A stretch of 63,430 nucleotides of DNA, the filler included, from Lenisia limosa (Eukaryota; Protista; Breviatea), in NCBI GenBank assembly GCA_001655205.1. It is 8 parts of 8 records of this genome, joined end to end, with 100 filler letters (N's around TTAATTAATTAA, not from the genome) between each part and the next. Parts side by side here need not be neighbours in the genome. Positions count along the whole stretch, not along the records: positions 35,459 to 38,945 come from LPNZ01009036.1; positions 39,046 to 46,743 come from LPNZ01002504.1; 6 more parts are not named here. One strand, 5' to 3'. Position numbers and translations under genes: made by a program. This document shows positions 35,560 to 46,843 of the stretch, piece after piece. The notes beneath the pieces were generated by a model. That model made no database searches and had not been told where the DNA came from. It was given only the letters and a program-made list of their open reading frames with translations. Numbering within the stretch: the first letter of the stretch is position 1; each line of letters starts with the position of its first letter.

Positions 35560-36870
35560 CAATCGGGTGACCGCGGAACTGAACCTGACCATTGTAACTC
35601 CCATCCATGGGGATACATTCCGAGATTTGGCGGCACGTGACACTACGTATGCAAATTTCTCGGGGCTAATCAGGTGAGAATTGTTGAAGCCAAACTCCTA
35701 CTATTGAAACCACTCAACACCATTGATAAAAATCACTAAAAATATTTACATATTGTAATATCATATAATACATACATGTAGTATTATATACTATATTTTA
35801 TCTAGAATATCAAAAAATATTACCACAATTTCCGGATTTAATGCCCCTAGAATAATAACGACTAATATACCCTTCAGGAATAAGAAAGCAGTCATAAGAC
35901 TACAATTAAAGAAAAAAATGCACCCATCCAACGATTTTCCTTGTGGTTTGAGGATTAAGACTGTCCACACCATTCTTCAACCGTCCTACAATCTAAAAGA
36001 ATCAGAGCTTGATCCTCTTTGGTTATTAATATCTTGCCATTTCCCCTGTTATCTGAGATTCAACTTATGGAACCATCAATAAATTAAAAAAATGTTCAAA
36101 ATAAAACATATAAAGATCATATCATTCAATAAAAAACATTTCAAAACAAAGACAAAGTTGATAAAGAAAGCAGAAAATTTACTTTTTCAAAGTTGAAATT
36201 CAAAAACTGTATGAAGGCACAACACTCAGGTGTTGATATCACTGATGGTAACTCTACTTTAATATTGAAAGTGTTACTTGGATATAGTTTTTATTATTGT
36301 TATTTTCATTCCTCAGATGGTTTTTACTGCCAAATCAAGAACGGAGAATGCTTTGATACAAGCATATTTTCGCCAACTGAAGAGAGTTTCTGAAGTGAGG
36401 TGAGTTAGTGGATACAATATTGATATGATAGTTTGTAGTCGAAGTCAAGTGCTCGAAATATTTCTTTCCTACAGTTCCTTTTCACTGAAGATACTTTGGG
36501 TATGTTCTCACGACTCCCCTACCTATTCACCTTCTTAATGAATTTTCTCTCTGAATCATCCATCGACCCTGTTGCTATATGTGCTGCTTCATCTGAGTTG
36601 TTTCACTCATATTATCATTATTCTTATTCATCAGCATTTTCAGGATCTCCCCAAAAAGGGACAACTGTCAGTTGCTAGTCAACTGGCAAAGGTCTACCAG
36701 CGAGTAATGCAGTACTCTGTTGTCTTAGATTTGCAGGTTTTAGCCAACAACTGTTGCAGACTTTCTTGGTAAATAATATGATTTGTTTAGGACATACTGA
36801 AAAGGTCCAGGCTACGCGGTTGGCAGCGGCCTTGTGTATCGATGTTCCGTGCACTACCCGCATCATGATC
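35560..36870 (+). CDS. Fragment of hypothetical multi-exon gene
   Basis: Exon-like: VTAELNLTIVTPIHGDTFRDLAARD...|GTGAG, MVFTAKSRTENALIQAYFRQLKRVSE, DLPKKGQLSVASQLAKVYQRVMQYSVVLDLQ|GT. No family recognised. Confidence 0.3.
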
Positions 36871-37998
36871 TTCAACCTAAAATCGACTATAATCCAAACT
36901 TAAGTATGGAAAACTAAAGACGTGACATCTGAAAGGTCCGCTTTTAAGATATTTGTGTTCCACCTCTATATTTCCGTAAATTCTATCGCAGGCAACGTTT
37001 TAATAGACCCTGGAAAAGTAACACCGTAATTCAGAACATCTATTACAATTTACAGAGATAGATGTTGTGACAAGAATTGNNNNNNNNNNNNNNNNNNNNN
37101 NNNNNNNNNNNNNNNNNNNNNNNNNNNNNNNNNNNNNNNNNNNNNNNNNNNNNNNNNNNNNNNNNNNNNNNNNNNNNNCCTCCTTCCCCCAAAAACTCCA
37201 ACCCCATCCCACGGGGAAGTATTGATACGCTGAACCAAGGAAATGGCCATCCTCAGGGGGTAGACAATAGGCACGAACTTCAGTCATGCCTGAAGGTGTC
37301 AAATGATTCAACCAGAGGCAATTACAAGAGTTATAAAAAAAGAGGGAATTTCTCCGGTCAACATTTAACACGTTCAGAATCAAAGACAAATGACATACAT
37401 GCCTCCTTCCTTGGAGGTATGTGGAGTTAAATTGGACAATTTATGAAACGAAAAAACTACTCAGAATCAACTAAGGCTAAGACGGGGATCAACTCTGTTA
37501 ACGGAGAACAGAATAACAGTCAATCCTTACCTCAGTTTGAGAGATACAATGCAGGATGAATTTGTCAGTTTCGTCTAACGAACACACGGACCAACTTATG
37601 ATGATCATCATCGTCAATGCCAAGAACTACCATCTGATAAGATCATTGTTTTGAGAGGGTCGGGAGGGGGGGGGGAGGGGGCTTCTCCTCAAGCCTGTTG
37701 CTAGCTCCACGTCTGTCTCAATGATCACGTTATCGTCACAAAGATGTGATTATTGTGGATTAGATTAAAAAGGGATTTTTTCGAAGTTTTGGTAGAGAAG
37801 ATCTTTGGATCAGCCTCCTCTTTTCCCCGCCCCTTTGCCCTTTCTCTTCCCTCTTCCTTTCACAAATTTCTAAAACACTGTTGTGGCAAAAACAGGACCA
37901 ATTCCAGCCTGCAACCCCCCCCCCTCCCCTACCTTGCTGCTACCTGTATTAAAAATAGTGCTCAACACAGTTCACCAGCCGAATCTAGGTTTATTAAA

Positions 37999-38481
37999 AT
38001 GGCATCTGACCGAAGCCATGACCGATCTTATGACCGGGATAGAGACAGGTGGGGAGAGGGGCTATTCAGATTCTTGAGAAGATCATGACTAATCTTTATC
38101 TAAGCATACCCATACTTTTGATACAGATTTCGTGGATTCTGACTCTTTTTTTTTACTTTTCAAAGCTTGAATTTCCGTAGTTTCCCCAGGCTCAGCAACA
38201 CCGTAATTCAGAACATCTATTACAATTTACAGAGATAGATGTTGTGACAAGAATTGTATTTCAGATTGTTTAATTCCTCTTGCTTTTTTCAATTAACTGT
38301 ACGCAGGTCTAATTATTTTGCTTTCATATATTTAATGTATTTACTAGCTCTCAAAAACAGAACAAAAGTCACATATCAGGTTGTCAAGAAGCTCAAGAAG
38401 TTCGAGGGAGTATCGGGTGTCTCGCGACTCAAGAAGCCATAGGGACTCGGGTGATTCAAGACGTCGGGAGTATGATAACAG
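37999..38481 (+). CDS. 5' exons of an RS/RD-rich protein (possible RNA-processing factor)
   Basis: MASDRSHDRSYDRDRDR|LSRSSRSSREYRVSRDSRSHRDSGDSRRREYDN|GT, phase-consistent splice; no folded domain visible before the scaffold end. Confidence 0.5.
38186..38330. repeat. Family D-related element; 59 bp identical to 37021-37079
   Basis: ACACCGTAATTCAGAACATCTATTACAATTTACAGAGATAGATGTTGTGACAAGAATTG occurs twice; this copy ends TTTTTTCAATTAACTGTACGCAGGTCTA, resembling the family D right end. Confidence 0.7.
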
Positions 38482-38945
38482 GTCAGGGGAATGGGGGCAT
38501 TTCTATGTGCTTGACAATGAGGTAAGATGTGAATGCAACGAGTATACATTGAACATACGTGATGTGAATGATGATAGGTCAGGGGAAGATGGGCGTTTTT
38601 ATTTACATAGTCAGGAGGATAACACATGTCACTCGTGCCCGCACACGTGGATGAATAAAAAGTCGACCTTCATTTTGGCAATATTATTCAAATTAGATTA
38701 TCTTAGAGTATAAGTGATGATGGATCATAGATGCATGTACTATATGTATACTTTTATTTTTATATACTGTTTCCCATCTCAATAATATACTGTAAATTGA
38801 AAACACATAGCTTTTTAACGAATGGATCAAGAGAGGGTTCTATGTTGATAAGTTATAAATTTTTTTTTTTTTGATAAATATAATAATAGGTGGAGGCACA
38901 TGAGTGTGGGCACCCACATGAGTGTGGGCACTTTTTCATTTTTTC

Positions 38946-39045
38946 NNNNNNNNNNNNNNNNNNNNNNNNNNNNNNNNNNNNNNNNNNNNTTAATTAATTA
39001 ANNNNNNNNNNNNNNNNNNNNNNNNNNNNNNNNNNNNNNNNNNNN
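38946..39045. other. Artificial scaffold linker
   Basis: 44N-TTAATTAATTAA-44N. Confidence 0.97.
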
Positions 39046-42000
39046 TGACCTTTCGAATGCAAATCACCAAGACAGTTCTAGCCAACCTGGAGTTTATTTC
39101 GTAAACTGACAGCAAGGTGCAATCTGCTTTCTGAGCATTTGCGACAGTTACAGTATCGATGGTCTGAGGCCGAGCTGAGCGGGGGGTTAGAGGCAGAAAA
39201 TTGGCCCCAATGTACAGTGAGTTGGGAAGCCTCTTGTTGGAAACATTGCTAACCTTGCAACAACATCTCGATACGACGAACTGTGGAGTCGGTCTCCTTT
39301 GTTCTTTTCGCTTAACGGGTAAGAAACCCAGGCCTTGTCTCTATTGACCCCACCGATATTGATCCATCAATATACCCACCTCGTCTTCACTTATAGTACA
39401 TATTGAATATGCCACCCCCCACTCCTGTCGTTTTTTCCAGCGGTTCTGGCGCTGCTGTTCGAGGAACTCCAGAGGGGCCATGCTCGGTGGAGGCCGATGG
39501 AGGCATTCTGAATAGAAATTACCACCATATGATACCATATACGAGTTTTACCATACGATACTATAATATACCATTTACGAGTCTTTTAAAAATAAAAATA
39601 AAAAACGAACAGGCATATAATTTTGAAAATGAACTGTACTCTGTTGAAAGCGCATACCATCTTTCATCAGTAAACGGGTATACTGGTCTATATGACACAG
39701 AAAGCCAAATCGATCCAGAAAGGCAACTTCAACATTATCACTGACCTGTTGCAATGAGTTGAAAATAACAGTTAACGAATAACGTTACAACCCCATCCAG
39801 ACCACCACTCCCACCGCTACCATTGACGCTTCCAACTTCTGAGAATCGTGGTCAGGCAGAAGTTCATACACTGGAGTTTTGAGGATTACCAATGGTGCCC
39901 AAAATACCACGATATGCATGATATGGAAATGAGTAAGGTTCCATTACCATTACATAGCACCCCCACCTCCATGCCACTGTCCAGCTTTGACCTCGCCCAA
40001 AACTAAGACCGGTTTAGCTGCTTGCTGCCATCGTCAATGGGGCAAATAGGCAATGATTGTAGTATGTGAGATAAAAAAGGGCTACGTGTGCCATGGTGTT
40101 CAGCAGAATTAATTAGTGTTCTAGCTGTGCCATGGTGTTATTAATTAACCCATCCAATCTATTGCCTTACTGGGTACATATTATATAAAGCAATGAGAAA
40201 TAAAAAATAAGGTTGTATCTGGCCGANNNNNNNNNNNNNNNNNNNNNNNNNNNNNNNNNNNNNNNNNNNNNNNNNNNNNCTGAGCTTGTCGATCTTCGAA
40301 TGTTCATTAGAGGGCTATACGGTCACTTCTTCTCAAAAAACAAAGAGCCGGCCAAAATATTAGAACTATCTGAAATAATCGGAACGGTAGTTGAGAAGAA
40401 CCACCCACTCGGCTGCATCCCAAACGTCTGTAACCAGAGCAGTGACGTCACAGATGACCTCGCATTTGCCGGACTTGACAAAGGCCACGCCTTGCGCGTC
40501 AGCGCCTTGGTTGAGAATATAGTCGCCTGGGGGTTATGTAATTATCATGGATATGTATGGTATGGTTCTGTCACCCCCAGGAAATGTCCCACCTTTTTGG
40601 TAGTACTTAAACACCAGAGATTCCACCACCTGAAGTGTCAGAAAAGTTCTTAGCCCTCTCTACCCCTTACCCTCCCCACCTTTTTTCTCCTTTCATTGCT
40701 CCAGTAGTAGCCATTGAATGCTGGTATGCCTTCCAAGAACTGCATTTTGCGTCTTTCAGCCTACAGGGTCACTGGGAAATTGAGGGAATGGCACCTACCC
40801 TTGCGTGTTGCGAGGCTAGGTTTTCTTGAAACTGCTCGTTGGAAAGGTAAATCAGTTCCAATGGTTCTTGGGCCTGGATTGTTGCTGTTCGCGGCTAAAG
40901 CGTCAACGGTTAAGTTGGTGGTCAAGGGCGAACGCCCGTTTGAACAGTACCAATAATACCATATACTACATTTTCTTCCCAAAAGACTCCGTAAGAGTTT
41001 ACAATACGAATGGAATTGGAATATAATACTCAGCTGGCCAGCAAATAATTCAACCAGCTCACAGTGTTATGCAGAAGAGCCTTTTCGCCGAAAGACGTGC
41101 CGACTTTCATAGTTCCGACTTTGACAGGTACTGGGGCCATTGAGGGTCTGCAACCCATGAGAGGCTCAAAAACGCAAACTTTTGACTCGATCATTACGAT
41201 AAACAAGAGGCTAATCAAGAGAAATTGTTGATATTTTGGTTACGCCCATATTTTGCCAACAAAACCTACAAAGCAGCAAGATCGGTATCATCAGCTATGG
41301 GTGAGCTTTTGTTGATGATCACAGCGCAACTACCGCTGATGATGATGTAGAACCTGTCGCCAGGGTCTCCTTCTCGGAACACATAGTGGCCCTTAACATA
41401 CGACACAAATCGGAAACAAGGAAGGAGATCCTCAATGTCGCCTTCGGACAGTCCCTGGGCCATGATGGGAGTCCCAAGATGTCACATGAAATACTTTGCT
41501 TTACACCGCCAACCAGTTTTTTGAGGGTCGTCGTCCAGGACCAATCCACACGAGACAAGGCAACTGCCACCCTCTAAAAGATAAACTTTATGGGGTTGAT
41601 AGAAATGATAATACGATATGGAGATTTACCCCGACCAGCACCAATACCGCATACAGGGTCCACGTCAGAGGAAGCCTTTAAGGTGAGACTAATATGCATA
41701 TCGTAACACAAACCGGGGGGGTGGAGGAGGGGGTTGCAAGCTCGCCTGCTGAGCGGATGGTTGCTCCTAAAGTGTCAGTTCTTTCAGTCAAGGATCACGT
41801 TCAAGGAGACAATGCCGGCGGCATTCAGTCAAGCCGCGGTGCATACCCGGGGCTGCAGGTCGAAATTGCCTTCCTTTGGTGCGTGCACTGCGCGATCGAC
41901 GTGGTTGTCGAGGCGGCTGCGAATCCCGATTAAGGGCTGAAGTCGAGCGCTGACTTGATGTCTGGGGAGATCACTTCATTGCCACAACAAACCTGAGGTG

Positions 42001-42238
42001 CTCGAGGGGGGCGAGGTGACAGTTGTAGATTCTGACTTTGCCTATGGGCTCCAATTGTTGGTAAATGATTGTTGCTAAGCTGAGATGGACGAGGGGAAAG
42101 CTTGAGAGACTGTTCTCTTGTCTTATGTTTAGGAAGGGCTAAAAGAGAAATAGACTCTCGAGTAGGCCTTTTTTGTTCTCTTGGAGGCTTTTCACCCCCG
42201 CCAGGGTCATCAACCCTGGACCAAAGACCTTTCAACAT
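39046..42238 (-). CDS. Protein with tandem cyclic-nucleotide-binding domains (CNBD2/PKA-PKG-regulatory-like), 3' end uncertain
   Basis: Exons: FVSYVKGHYVFREGDPGDRFYIIISGSCAV, VGTMKVGTSFGEKALLHNT|PRTATIQAQEPLELIYLSNEQF, second domain FKYYQKG|DYILNQGADAQGVAFVKSGKCEV; basic low-complexity N-terminus from ATG 42238. Confidence 0.85.
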
Positions 42239-42528
42239 AGCAGCAAGACAAAAGCGAAACCAGCTTTAGTCTTTAATCTGTGAAGAGTCGAATATAAATA
42301 GTAACAGAAGGTAGGATGTCAACTTTTGCACTTTTTCGAAGCATTTTACTCTGTTTTTTTATAATTATAATATACGCCGCCGGACTTTTGTTTGTTCAAC
42401 CGCGTGTTCAAGCAAAACAGCCCCCATACAACCCCTGACTCTCTCTCTCTCTTGCGTTTATTTGGTGCTTAGTCTTTTTGATTTTGGAATTTGGAGAGGG
42501 CAGACGGAGCTCGCCTTTCCTCTTGAAG

Positions 42529-45500
42529 ATGGGGAAGTCGCCTCTCGACATTCTCAGGGCCAGTTCTCTCAATAACACCACGTTAGTAGCCCCTGTCACA
42601 GCTGTCAAGATACTGGATGATGATATTGTCGCTTTTGGTATGATTTACTTCTTATTCTGACAAAGTAGGAATAGGGCAGATTCTAGTTCTGTGTCGAAAT
42701 GGCGAGGAAGTTTACAGAGAGTGCGTTCTTGCTGGCAGCAATATCCGATCCATTTCACAAGGTGGGAAGGTTTTTGGCATGTTAGGGGAGGCAGATGTTA
42801 CTTATGTCTCAGGCCTTGGGGAACTTCTTTATGTGGCTGGAGGGAAGGAAGTTGTCGTGTTCCACTACCAGCACACAGACGAGGTTGGTGAGTGTTTGGT
42901 GTCACGGCCTAGATGGTATCGATCACACCTGCTGCCTCCCTGCCGCTCTTGAAAGACTGGGCGGTCTGTGTCCAGCCTTCGACCATCATCAATGGCATTG
43001 TCTACGTGCGTATGCCTGCGGTTCTTTTTGGAGTCCATCCTGTGTTTTCAATCCCTTGGGTCACAATGTTAATTAACATTCCAGTTTATGCACATCATTT
43101 TGTTGAAGTTTTTTCTGTCAGTCAGTCAGAAGGAAAGTATGCTACGAGTCATTTATATTTTCCAAAACCTCTTTTGTCAATAATAGTTGTCCACTCTTCA
43201 TGACGTCTTTACCCTTAGATACGCCGTGAAAGGGCCGCTGCATTCCGCCGCTGCCGCAGAACGAGCCATGGTTATGTGTGGCCAGTTCAAGGAGAGGATC
43301 GACCTGGAATCGGGCAGAGTCCTTGTCTATGTAATTGCTGGATCCGTTTTCAGGAAAGTGAGTTGAGGGTAAGGAAGGCAGGCTCATGATTGCAGGTGCT
43401 GTTTTGGACGTTGTCAGTGTCAGGGTTCGACAAAGACTTGGTTGGCGTATGTGAAGGGTTCCTTCTCATCTCTCAGTTTTGTAATTCCGATCTTTCTCAC
43501 CCTGTGGAGTCAACTTACACAATGCCAATCCCGTCACTGGAGCGTCCAATCATTACTCAATGTGGAGGGTCGAATGGAATCATTTTCGCAGTAGATTTGT
43601 TGCATGACGGTAGTCGAATGATTAGCTGTGGAGAAGACCGTGTCATCCGGTGTTGGAAATTGACGTCCCACCTTGAGGACACGCCACCAGCCTTACTGTG
43701 AGCAAAGGGCTACTGGTTAGCATATCGGATTGTTGCTTATGAAATACAAGTCTTAATATCGATTGTTGTTCTCTGACGTGTGACCCATTTGTCCTTCGAA
43801 CAGTGCACTGACGTCCTAGCTGGACGGCCTCGGGGCATGGAGGTCGCGTTTGGTCGGCCAAGTTCATGGACAGCGGCAACGTTATCTCATGTTCCGAAGA
43901 CTGCACCATACGAATCTGGTCAGAGCATGGCGATGAACTGGGTATGATGGGCTGTGAGAGCCACTAATTCAGCTTGTGTAATGAATGGACGATTGTCACG
44001 AAGCAGAGAGCTTTGTAGGACATCGCGGCCGTGGCGTCTGGTCCTTCGACTTCGGCAGGGAGGTCGTTGTTTCGGGTGGGGNNNNNNNNNNNNNNNNNNN
44101 NNNNNNNNNNNNNNNNNNNNNNNNNNNNNNNNNNNNNNNNNNNNNNNNNNNNNNNNNNNNNNNNNNNNNNNNNNNNNNNNNNNNNNNNNNNNNATTTTAG
44201 GAGGAAATGACGGAAGTGTGCGGACATGGCCACTCAAAAAGCTTGCCCCAGTTGTGTCATACATCCCACCATGTATGTTGCTCAATGGACTAATCCGCTG
44301 TAGACGATGACGGACTTAGTGCGATCCGATCGGTGTCTGTCGGTGGGTCTTGGTTCCGCAGTTCTTACCTTTCAAGGAGCTGACGCTGTGTATTGTGTCA
44401 CTGATAGGGGAGCTGTGCTACAAGCTTCGGCAACGGAAGATAAATGGTCGTTACTCTGTCCTGTCACTGAGGGTTTGCTAGCGATGTGCGTCACAGTTCA
44501 GGTAAATTAATTGCGTCGGTCTTTGTTTCCATTGACGAAAAGTCGGCGCTTTTTACGAGTGAGTTGGGCTTGGTGTGAGACTGACATGATAGAAGAGTGC
44601 CAAGGCCTGCTGGCTGCTGGCTCTACCGAAGGACATTTGTTCATCATCAGGTGTGCGGCAAATATTAATTTCAATGATATGGATATGCTTAAGTTTCTTA
44701 TTCTATTATCCAATAACACAACCAAAACCTTTTCTATCAACTTCACATTTTAGCGTACCGGATGGTAAGGTTTTAGCCCAACTGTCCAATATTTGCCCAG
44801 GGTCCCCCCTCTTTGTCAACACTGTTGGTATCCGATGGACCATTTCCATATTTACTGCTTTAGATCATATCAGACTCCCTTCGACAAACACCAAAGTTAG
44901 TTGCGCCGTATCTTTTGCAATTCTGTCGTTAACGACCAATCCCCTCATTTTCGAGATTAAAACCATTTGACCCTAGTGTTATCACCTTTCCCATAGTGCT
45001 GTCCTATTCTCCACGCAGTTAGATCTTTTCCTTTCTTCCCATGATGGAAGCACTCTGGTGAGAATCGACCTTGAAACTTTCTCCTGTGAAACTATCTCAA
45101 AATTTCAAAAAAAAAGTAAGTAATTCGCGAAACCTAAACTCCCAGAAGCGTTTTATACCGTTTGTGCAGTTGAATGGACGATTGACGTTGCTTTCTTGGC
45201 GGACAACGTTTGTGTGCTTTATCTCTTGGTTATCTTTAGGCTGGAAACATTACAGTCGTACCCCTCGACGACCCAATGGTAAGCTAAGCCCCTTCTTTAC
45301 CACATATTATTCAATATATTCACATATTGACTTCCAGTGTTTCAATTGCAACTGATTTTAATAGTTGTACAATTCACCCCCCCCCCTCCGTAGAACAGCA
45401 CAATTCTCCGTTTGCCGTCAAAAAAGCAGATCAAAGACCTTGTGATTTCGTCTTGTCAACAGGAGACGCACTGGGGAGTAGAATTGTTAACAACAGGTAA

Positions 45501-46743
45501 GCCAACATTGTTACTTAATAACCGGACAGGCCTCGAGGGGCGAGTGCTCAGGTACCTGGTATCCAAAACACCCCATGGAGTCACGTGCCAAAATCTAAAC
45601 ACCACGTCGTTGCGACACATGTCAACGGGCTACAAGTTGCTCGTTTCTAATGACGGTTTGCTTTGAAGCTGCTGATTCTTCAGGGACAAAGGGGTACGTG
45701 CTGGGCCATGGCACGAAGCATGCCTGTGTAGCGGATGTCGAAACTCTTCATGAGGTTGGCTGTTTTCAAGAGTTTCTTTTCACATGTCAAGGTTGTTTGT
45801 GTACCAGCTTCAGGACCAAAGCGACCCATTGATATTCGGATTCAAACTCTACCCAATGGTTTGTTCACCACACTAGCTGCAGCAATTACACATTTAGGCC
45901 AAGTCTCGATCGTTGTTGCTGCTTTGATGGATAAGCAGACTGCTATTTCGAGAGTTGTTGCTCCTTTATGTATGTTTGGATTGGCGGAGTGTCTACGCAT
46001 ACATATGAGAGGCTTTTCGTCATTAGAACTACTGCATTGTTTTGTTCCTGCCATAACAAATACTGAAGACTTTTTTTGGAATTCTACTCATTTTCTATTG
46101 AAATTTCTCATGTCTGAACAATGAAGAGAAATGGTTTTCCACTTTGGAATACAGTCGAAACGCATTTCTGAAAGAATTAGCTCAAATACTGCTACGTTTT
46201 AAGGGTCAACGTCATATAATAGTATGATATATATACGATATACTAACATGTACATTTTTGGGGCTCAGGTCTCACAAGTCTGCACACTTAGCTAAATGAG
46301 AAATGCCTATGAAGTCACTTTTAATTCTGATTTCTTTTCACCTTTTCCCCCATTTAACTTGACAGATGGCGGCGTTCTGATACCCGGAAGCCACGGCCGC
46401 ACCACCAGCTGTTCGGCTTTCCTCCACCTCCACCAACCCATCCTGTTCACTGCAGGTGATGACTCAACTTTGTCCACACAGCTCCTGCTCATCTCCGTTC
46501 CGGGGTTGTGGAACCGCAGCACGCGTATCCGCAACCTGCATTTCACAGCCCGGTGCTTGGCCGTCTTCCAGGTTTGGGCTTCGTTTTAGACACAGTCGTA
46601 TTCGTGTGCCTCCACTCCATTTCGATATGATGCGAAAGATCACATTTCAGACATCGGAGTCCAGAGGGCTGCTGGCGGCCGCGGGGGGTGAGGGCAAAAT
46701 AGTGGTCTATTCCGTACAGCAACGCGGCGCCGAAGTATCATTG
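42529..46743 (+). CDS. WDR6: WD repeat protein WDR6/Trm734 (tRNA 2'-O-methyltransferase partner), truncated by linker
   Basis: Exons: VIAGSVFRK|VLFW, GSNGIIFAVDLLHDGSRMISCGEDRVIRCWK, GHGGRVWSAKFMDSGNVISCSEDCTIRIW, GHRGRGVWS...GGNDGSVRTW, GSHGRTTSC...LFTAGDDS, LLAAAGG. Same order as WDR6 motifs (AGAVSNQLLVW; GHVGIIFS...SEDRSVRIW; GHSARVW...GEDC; GHQGRGI...GGDDSGIRLW; LHGREITC). Confidence 0.85.
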
Positions 46744-46843
46744 NNNNNNNNNNNNNNNNNNNNNNNNNNNNNNNNNNNNNNNNNNNNTTAATTAATTAAN
46801 NNNNNNNNNNNNNNNNNNNNNNNNNNNNNNNNNNNNNNNNNNN
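46744..46843. other. Artificial scaffold linker
   Basis: 44N-TTAATTAATTAA-44N. Confidence 0.97.

Noticed and set aside
41694-41940. Plus-strand ORFs 41694-41933 and 41734-41940
   Set aside because: Antisense to exons and introns of the cNMP-domain gene.
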